A stretch of 64,000 nucleotides of DNA from Chloracidobacterium sp. GTDB lineage: Bacteria > Acidobacteriota > Blastocatellia > Pyrinomonadales > Pyrinomonadaceae. The first letter of the stretch is position 1; each line of letters starts with the position of its first letter. The stretch spans positions 261,705-325,704 of the forward strand of contig JADJXP010000001.1 in NCBI GenBank assembly GCA_016715795.1, in the 5' to 3' direction. Below the pieces are notes generated by a model that saw only the letters and a program-made list of their open reading frames with translations, had not been told where the DNA came from and ran no database searches. Made by a program: the position numbers and the translations under genes. Shown here one piece after another: positions 58,238-64,000 of this stretch.

Positions 58238-61200
58238 CTAGTTGTTCGTGGCCCCCGTGTCGATCGCGACAAAGTCGAGATCGGCGACGTTATCGGTCAG
58301 CGACAACACCTGTGTCGGAACAGCAAAGATGTACCGCCTCGAATTGACCGTCACCATGTAGGTCTGGCCGGTCTGCAGGCCTTCGAAGTTGTAGTATCCA
58401 AAGCTGCCCGTCTGGACCCTCATCGGCTCCGTCAGAGTGCCGCCAGAGATCACCACCTCAGCATTCCGGATGCCGTGGCCTCCGGCCGTTAGGACGCGAC
58501 CTGAAACGGACGCGTTCGCTGCCGTCGATGCCAGGAACTCGATGCCCCAGCCGCCGTTGAGGCAGCCTGTCACGACCTCAGGATTACCCAAAGGTGTTCC
58601 CGCATCGTCACGAACATAGAGGTTCCATACACCGTTGGCATTCGTCAGGCCAAAGTTGCCGAAGAACGTCTGTGTTCCCGTTCCGCCAACCGTGCTGCCG
58701 GGCTCGTTATACGGCCCTGCCGGAGCGGCACCCGGGAAGTTGGTCACAGGCGTCTCCCAGTTCGTCGGCTCGAAGTTGCCCGTTGTGAGCGGCCCTGAGT
58801 TGGGCAGCACACCAGGCCCTGCGTCACGGAGGCTAAGCGTTACAGTGTTATTGCTCGGTATCGCTATTGCTCCGCCCGCATCGCCCATCAGCACATACTT
58901 CTGGCCTCCCGGGCCGACCAATAGTACATCGAGATTGTCGGGCAGTACGTGCTCCAGATCATAGAGTGTCACACGCATATTGCCGATCTGGACAGGCCCA
59001 CCGGCGACGGGGATCGGTGCCGGATAAACATCAGCCGCACCGCCGAGGTTGCTGCATATGGCCCCTGTGAAGCGGAACGCAGTTGCCGTGTCATTAATAT
59101 TAAGCACGGCATTCTGCACCTCAGGTGCCAGCGTCCCCCATCCTGTAAGGGTGAGGTTAACCGTCTCCGTCGGTTCCGACAAGAGATCGGCGAAGATCGG
59201 CACATTGACCGTCTTCAGCGTCTCGTTCGGGTTGAATGTGACGTTAGTGGTTACATTCTGATAGTCGAGGCCCGGTCCGGGAGCGGCCCCGCCCGTCGCA
59301 GTCCCATTCGACGTGGTGAACGTCACCGTGTTAGTACCAGAAAGGTCACCGCTACGTGCTATACCGATCACAGCCGTCTGTGACTCGTCTTCAGTATACG
59401 GGTTCTGGACGAACGTGATACTGAATGGAGCCGGCGTCGGCGTTACCGACGGTGTTGGTGTCGGTATCGGCGACGGTGTTGGAGTTGGCGTCGGTGTCGG
59501 AGTCGGTGTCGGTGTCGGAGTCGCCGGCGGAGGTGTCGGCGTCGGCGACGCGGTCGGGCATGGGCCCGACAACAGTTCGACCGTACTGAGAGCCGTCGTC
59601 GACGTGGTTAGACCGTCAACAACCATCACTCGGCCATCCGGCAAGGTGCCTTGTGCGTGTCCCGCACGGGCAGCGCCCAGGGTCGGCCCCACAGCAAACG
59701 TACCGCTGCTAATCGTGAAGATGTGCGTGGTAGCACTCGGAGCGAAGCTGCCGTTCGCTCCATCTGTGATCAGCAGTTGTCCCGAGCCCAGAGGCGAAAT
59801 GCCGCCGTAATTGCCACGGGCCCCGACAGTGCCGGCCGAACCTAGATTGGTCCACGAGTTCGCGACCGGGTCGTAACGAAGCAGCGTATCGGTCGCAGTG
59901 TTGAACGCGGGTCCTAGCAAGCCGCCGTAAACATAGACGAACCCGCCCGAGGCCGTGGCATAGAGGTTAGTTCGCAGGTCAGGCAACGTTGCTCCGGTAC
60001 TCCACGAGTCGGTGGCAATGTCATAGATTAATGTTGTATTCACCGCATTGTTGAAGTCATCGCCGCCTATGACATAAAACTTGCCCCCGACGACCGCCCC
60101 TGCAGCTGCCTCCCTGAAAGCAGGAAGATTCGCGCCGCTCGACCATGTGTCGGTAGCAATGTCGTATATCCTAAGCGTATTGACCACGCCCGCGGCGGTC
60201 GTGCCGCCCAGCCAACCGCCCGCGACATATATCTTGCCGCCGGCCGCTCCCAAAGCCGTCTGGCTAAGGCCAACCGGCAACGGAGCGACATTGCTCCAGG
60301 TGTTCGTTACCGGGTCAAAGCGCGAGACCTGATTATATATGGTCAGATTATCGCCACTCGATCCACCAACCACATACAGCTTGTTGTCCGTGCCGAGCGC
60401 GGACTGGAGAGCATAGCGTGCCGGAGTCTGAGCCGGGCCTGCCTGCCATACGCCGGGCGTACAACTCGGTGAAGGTGAAGGCGGCGGTGTCGGCGTCGGT
60501 GTCGGTGTTGCCGGTGGAGGTGTCGGCGTCGGTGTCGGCGATGGCCCGCCGATCGGCGCGGCTACCGCACGAACAAACATCGACCGATAAGCCGTGAATG
60601 ACGACTGTATCGTTCCCCAGGCAGCCGGGCCTGACGAGGTATCGAACCGTGCATAGCCGCCCGCAAACCCGACAGGATTTCCTGTAGATTCATCCGAGGC
60701 TACAAACACGTTCGTCGTCATCGGTACATACCGCACTCCGAGATACACGCTTCCCGAACCAATATTCAGGTTCATCGGAGCAATATTCACAGTCTGCCAG
60801 ACCGGCACGCCGAGACCGCCCGGGATGCCCGTGGCCGTCGCGGCTATCGTGCCCAGCTGCGTTCCCGGTGCTCCGCCCGCTCCGTCGTCGTCGTATGCAA
60901 TCACGTTGAAGTTCAGCGTCGTCGGCGTGCCGGCGATCGTGATGAAGGCCACGCAAACTGACGTGAATGTCGACGGGTAACTTGATGGTGTAAACTTGTC
61001 CACCGCGTTGAACATCGTAATAGTCGATGGGTTGGCGCTGTAGCCATTCTCCATAGTTCCGTCATCGTGAATGATGATACCGGGCTGCGTGTTGCAATTT
61101 ACTCCCGGTCCCGGTGTTGGCGTCGGGCTCGGCGTCGAAGGCGGTGTCGGAGTCGGCGTAGGCCCACCGGCACCCGCCACGAGGCAGAGGTTCACGGCCG

Positions 61201-63865
61201 ATACCGTTCCCGTATCGCCACCGGCGTTGTCGCTGATGTTCAGCGTCCAGTTGCCGTTTGCAGCCTCAGGCGACATGCCGTCGAAGATATCCATTCCGCG
61301 TTCCTCGCCGCCCGGCCGAACCGGCCCGCCGAATACCGTGTTAAGGAATACCTGCTCGCCCGGCGTCGATACGCACTGGCTGGCAGCATAGTCTCCCGCA
61401 GGTACCGGATTGCCCGCTACCGTGTGGAACGTGTTCGGGAACCCGTCGCCAAAGTTGTACGGCCCGACAAGATCATTCGATGACCCAAATCCAGTCGGCG
61501 GACACACCGTATTGCCGCGCCGCTCGACGATCGTCGCCGTCGGTCCGCCGCTCGGTGCCTGCAGCGTCATCTTGATGTCGCCGCCCCATGAGTGCGCCGG
61601 ATTCCACACCCAGTTCCTCACCTGAGCCGAGGTTAATGTGCCCGTAAGTCCGGATACCGGAATAGTCAGGCTCACGCCGCCCGGCGAATTGTCAGGTATA
61701 ACGGCCGGCAGACCGCCCGACGGGACAAATGTCTGCCCCGCACATCCCGGAGGAGGCGTGGGCGTCGGTGTCGGCGTTGCCGGTGGTGGTGTCGGACTCG
61801 GCGTCGGCGTCGGCACGGGGCCGCTCGTCAACGTAAAGTTCGTGTTCGAAATGTCGAAATAGATATTACCGACCGCCTCGACCTTGATCCTCGCGGTAGT
61901 CGTCGGCGTTCCCGGCATGGTAACCGTTTCGGAACCGTCATTAGCCGTACCCGCCGCAAGAACGGTCGGGAACGTATTTCCGCCATCCGAAGAATACAGA
62001 ATATTCACAGTCGCCGTATTGATCGGTGCCCCGGTAGTGCCGGCAACGTCCCAAGTGATCGCCTGCGAACTTCCGGTTCCCCAAATGACCGGTGAATTCG
62101 GCGATGTGACCTGAAACGGCCCAGCCGCATTGCTGACCGTAACGACCATGTCCTGAAACTGTGTCTGACCGATGGTCGAACCCGGGACATACGGTTTGTT
62201 GTCTTTAGCCGTAAATCTAAAATTCAAGGTCCTTGATACAGAGCTAAGCGCTTCGGTATTTACATTCCCGCCAGGGTTCGGCCCCGTAACAGCCAGTCCC
62301 GCAAGGATGGTCGAGAGCTTTGGCATGAAGCGAGTCGGCGACGTGGAATTCGGCTGCGTGAGCCAATTCGGGCCGCTCGCTTTTGTCGGAAATGCCGGGC
62401 TGTTAGCTCCCGTTGTCCCCGAGTTAGCACTATCGTTCTGCTCCCAGTTATAGGTCAGCGGATCGCTCTCAGGATCCGTCGCCGAGCCGGTCAGAGCAAA
62501 AGGTGTCGTGATCGGGATAGTGTAGTTGGTCAACGGAGCGACGACCGGTGGCGTGTTTAGCGTCATCGTGGTCGTTCCGGCGGCCGGACACGGCCTCAAC
62601 GGCAGATTCGTCTGGATCTGCTGGATCGAGCGTTGGTGCCATACATCGATCGAGTGATCATCGACATCGAAGCTCGTGATGCCTGCGTAACCCATTATCG
62701 TTACGCCCGACCCGACCTCAACGTTGTTGACTCCCCCGGCCTCAAGGCCGTGTGAGAACGTGTGATTTCCGCCCATTTGGTGGCCAACCTCGTGTGCGAC
62801 ATAGTCGATATCGAAGTTATCACCCTGCGGAATGCCATCGGCCGGTGAAGTGATTCCGCGGCCCTTGGTATTGTCGGCACTGCAAACGCAGCCGATGCAG
62901 CCGGCGTTGCCGCCGCCGCCCGAAGCTCCAAACAGATGGCCGATATCGTAGTTAGCCGCCCCGATCACCGAGCCGAGCGTATTCATCAACTCGTTGTTCC
63001 AGTTGCCGAGAGTGGTGTAAGGATCGGTCGTTGGATTGTAATAGAAAACATCCGTCGTGTTCGCGATCAGATTCAGGTGAACCGCAAGATCCTTCTCATA
63101 GGTTCCGTTCGTTCTCGTCAGCGTCGCATTGACAGCAGCAAGGACTAGCGCAACCTGAGCCGGAGCGGTCGCCCCAAAGAAGTTGGAGTATTCACCATTG
63201 ACGGACTGGGCAAGCCGCATCGTCCTGATGGTTCCGGTATTCGCTTCCGGCAGCCTGAGGCTCGACACCTGAGAGTGAATGCTCGACATCAGGTTTCGCT
63301 CTTCGGTCGTGCATGCCCACGGCATTTCGCCGCGTCGCTGACTCCGCTCGAATACCGCGTACACCATCCGATCTTGTGAGTAAGGCTCGATGTATTCGTT
63401 GACCCTTCCCACACGAAAGACCGTTGTTTGGATCCCCTGCGGCGACAGGCTCAACTTGAGCACCGCGTAGCGGTCGTCAAGACCGCGGCCTGAAAAGGCC
63501 CTGATGTTCGGGAATTCCTCCTGCAATGCCGGCTCGAAGTTAGAGGCCTCGAAAACCTCAAACCTCTCGAGCACGCCGTCGGCGTTCGGCAGCAGGATCA
63601 CAGTCGACGCCGGGCTGTTGCCCGTAAGGGCAACAGGTTGATCCGTGATCGACATTAACTGAGCTTTCAGCGGTTCAACATTAAGGTTGAACAGCTTGAA
63701 CTCGGTGGGAAATGACTGCCGCGCAACAGCCTTGTCTTTGACGATGCTGTCCGTGCTGTCGTTATTTGCACTCCAAATATTCTCCTGCGCCGTTACCGTC
63801 AGCGTCGACAATGCGATCGCGGCAATAACGAAGAGAACCAATCTACGGCTCAACTTGGTAAACAT
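58238..63865 (-). CDS. Giant secreted metzincin metalloprotease paralog with P-domain-like, Kelch-like, Calx-beta-like and CarboxypepD_reg-like modules
   Basis: - AAGGAG Shine-Dalgarno sequence 8 nt before the ATG at 63865, and a signal peptide (LVLFVIAAIALSTLTVTAQ).
- Zinc motif HEVGHQMGGNH.
- The N-terminal ~700 aa are collinear with the 35442..38432 protein.
- Downstream: two proprotein-convertase P-like segments (WGGDIKMTLQAPSG; DVLLVGPGGQKYVLM), Kelch-like GGKIYVAGG/GGKFYVIGG repeats, a Calx-beta-like segment and a C-terminal SVSGRVLTAGGHGIRNAEV segment.
- The modules are joined by PT linkers. Confidence 0.85.
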   Translation of the reverse strand: MFTKLSRRLVLFVIAAIALSTLTVTAQENIWSANNDSTDSIVKDKAVARQSFPTEFKLFNLNVEPLKAQLMSITDQPVALTGNSPASTVILLPNADGVLERFEVFEASNFEPALQEEFPNIRAFSGRGLDDRYAVLKLSLSPQGIQTTVFRVGRVNEYIEPYSQDRMVYAVFERSQRRGEMPWACTTEERNLMSSIHSQVSSLRLPEANTGTIRTMRLAQSVNGEYSNFFGATAPAQVALVLAAVNATLTRTNGTYEKDLAVHLNLIANTTDVFYYNPTTDPYTTLGNWNNELMNTLGSVIGAANYDIGHLFGASGGGGNAGCIGCVCSADNTKGRGITSPADGIPQGDNFDIDYVAHEVGHQMGGNHTFSHGLEAGGVNNVEVGSGVTIMGYAGITSFDVDDHSIDVWHQRSIQQIQTNLPLRPCPAAGTTTMTLNTPPVVAPLTNYTIPITTPFALTGSATDPESDPLTYNWEQNDSANSGTTGANSPAFPTKASGPNWLTQPNSTSPTRFMPKLSTILAGLAVTGPNPGGNVNTEALSSVSRTLNFRFTAKDNKPYVPGSTIGQTQFQDMVVTVSNAAGPFQVTSPNSPVIWGTGSSQAITWDVAGTTGAPINTATVNILYSSDGGNTFPTVLAAGTANDGSETVTMPGTPTTTARIKVEAVGNIYFDISNTNFTLTSGPVPTPTPSPTPPPATPTPTPTPPPGCAGQTFVPSGGLPAVIPDNSPGGVSLTIPVSGLTGTLTSAQVRNWVWNPAHSWGGDIKMTLQAPSGGPTATIVERRGNTVCPPTGFGSSNDLVGPYNFGDGFPNTFHTVAGNPVPAGDYAASQCVSTPGEQVFLNTVFGGPVRPGGEERGMDIFDGMSPEAANGNWTLNISDNAGGDTGTVSAVNLCLVAGAGGPTPTPTPPSTPSPTPTPGPGVNCNTQPGIIIHDDGTMENGYSANPSTITMFNAVDKFTPSSYPSTFTSVCVAFITIAGTPTTLNFNVIAYDDDGAGGAPGTQLGTIAATATGIPGGLGVPVWQTVNIAPMNLNIGSGSVYLGVRYVPMTTNVFVASDESTGNPVGFAGGYARFDTSSGPAAWGTIQSSFTAYRSMFVRAVAAPIGGPSPTPTPTPPPATPTPTPTPPPSPSPSCTPGVWQAGPAQTPARYALQSALGTDNKLYVVGGSSGDNLTIYNQVSRFDPVTNTWSNVAPLPVGLSQTALGAAGGKIYVAGGWLGGTTAAGVVNTLRIYDIATDTWSSGANLPAFREAAAGAVVGGKFYVIGGDDFNNAVNTTLIYDIATDSWSTGATLPDLRTNLYATASGGFVYVYGGLLGPAFNTATDTLLRYDPVANSWTNLGSAGTVGARGNYGGISPLGSGQLLITDGANGSFAPSATTHIFTISSGTFAVGPTLGAARAGHAQGTLPDGRVMVVDGLTTSTTALSTVELLSGPCPTASPTPTPPPATPTPTPTPTPTPTPTPSPIPTPTPSVTPTPAPFSITFVQNPYTEDESQTAVIGIARSGDLSGTNTVTFTTSNGTATGGAAPGPGLDYQNVTTNVTFNPNETLKTVNVPIFADLLSEPTETVNLTLTGWGTLAPEVQNAVLNINDTATAFRFTGAICSNLGGAADVYPAPIPVAGGPVQIGNMRVTLYDLEHVLPDNLDVLLVGPGGQKYVLMGDAGGAIAIPSNNTVTLSLRDAGPGVLPNSGPLTTGNFEPTNWETPVTNFPGAAPAGPYNEPGSTVGGTGTQTFFGNFGLTNANGVWNLYVRDDAGTPLGNPEVVTGCLNGGWGIEFLASTAANASVSGRVLTAGGHGIRNAEVVISGGTLTEPMRVQTGSFGYYNFEGLQTGQTYMVTVNSRRYIFAVPTQVLSLTDNVADLDFVAIDTGATNN

Positions 63866-64000
63866 AATCTCGCTCCTTGTTTGGGTCAATTGCATTCGCT
63901 TGCCCCGCGACACCCGGGGGCAAAAGCGTAGAAAACTCACACTCAGGTCCTTTCTTCTTCTTCAAACTGCAAAGTTTAGAATGTTAATCCGTATCTTAAG

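Overview
A 64-kb, mostly high-GC chromosomal segment from a Gram-negative, probably soil-type bacterium. The gene content suggests Acidobacteriota, but that is only an inference made without a database search.

The backbone is housekeeping:
- two tRNAs (Thr-UGU, Met/Ile2-CAU);
- a CPA2 antiporter;
- an MsbA/MdlB-like ABC exporter, apparently frameshifted;
- a PaaI thioesterase and an SGNH hydrolase;
- an OmpR-type two-component pair next to a membrane fatty-acid desaturase;
- pta, clpC and lepA;
- a GH57 branching enzyme plus a DUF4912 protein;
- an envelope cluster (bamA-skp-fabZ-lpxA);
- a GT9 heptosyltransferase operon;
- an orphan DppBC-like permease pair.

Three very large secreted proteins take up about a quarter of the window. 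Two are paralogous metzincin proteases of about 1000 and 1875 aa. The third is a 2220-aa protein combining FG-GAP, beta-propeller, LamG and C-type-lectin domains.

Accessory content:
- an AT-richer Type III-like restriction-modification cassette, with res upstream of mod, at 18.3-23.3 kb and flanked by unusual repeat tracts;
- one rve/DDE insertion sequence (54.7-56.1 kb) with an 18-bp direct duplication and a transposase frameshifted in a G-run.

The most unusual sequence-level signal is a set of sequence-diverse hairpins whose arms are degenerate tandem 7-9-nt words.
- They sit at terminator positions.
- They form a ~210-nt heptad-periodic tract next to the R-M cassette.
- Together with two other palindromes, they are also inserted in frame inside two housekeeping genes (the ABC exporter nucleotide-binding domain and GH57) without breaking the ORFs.

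No rRNA, CRISPR array, integrase or reverse transcriptase was seen. No clearly novel multi-gene system could be demonstrated from sequence alone.
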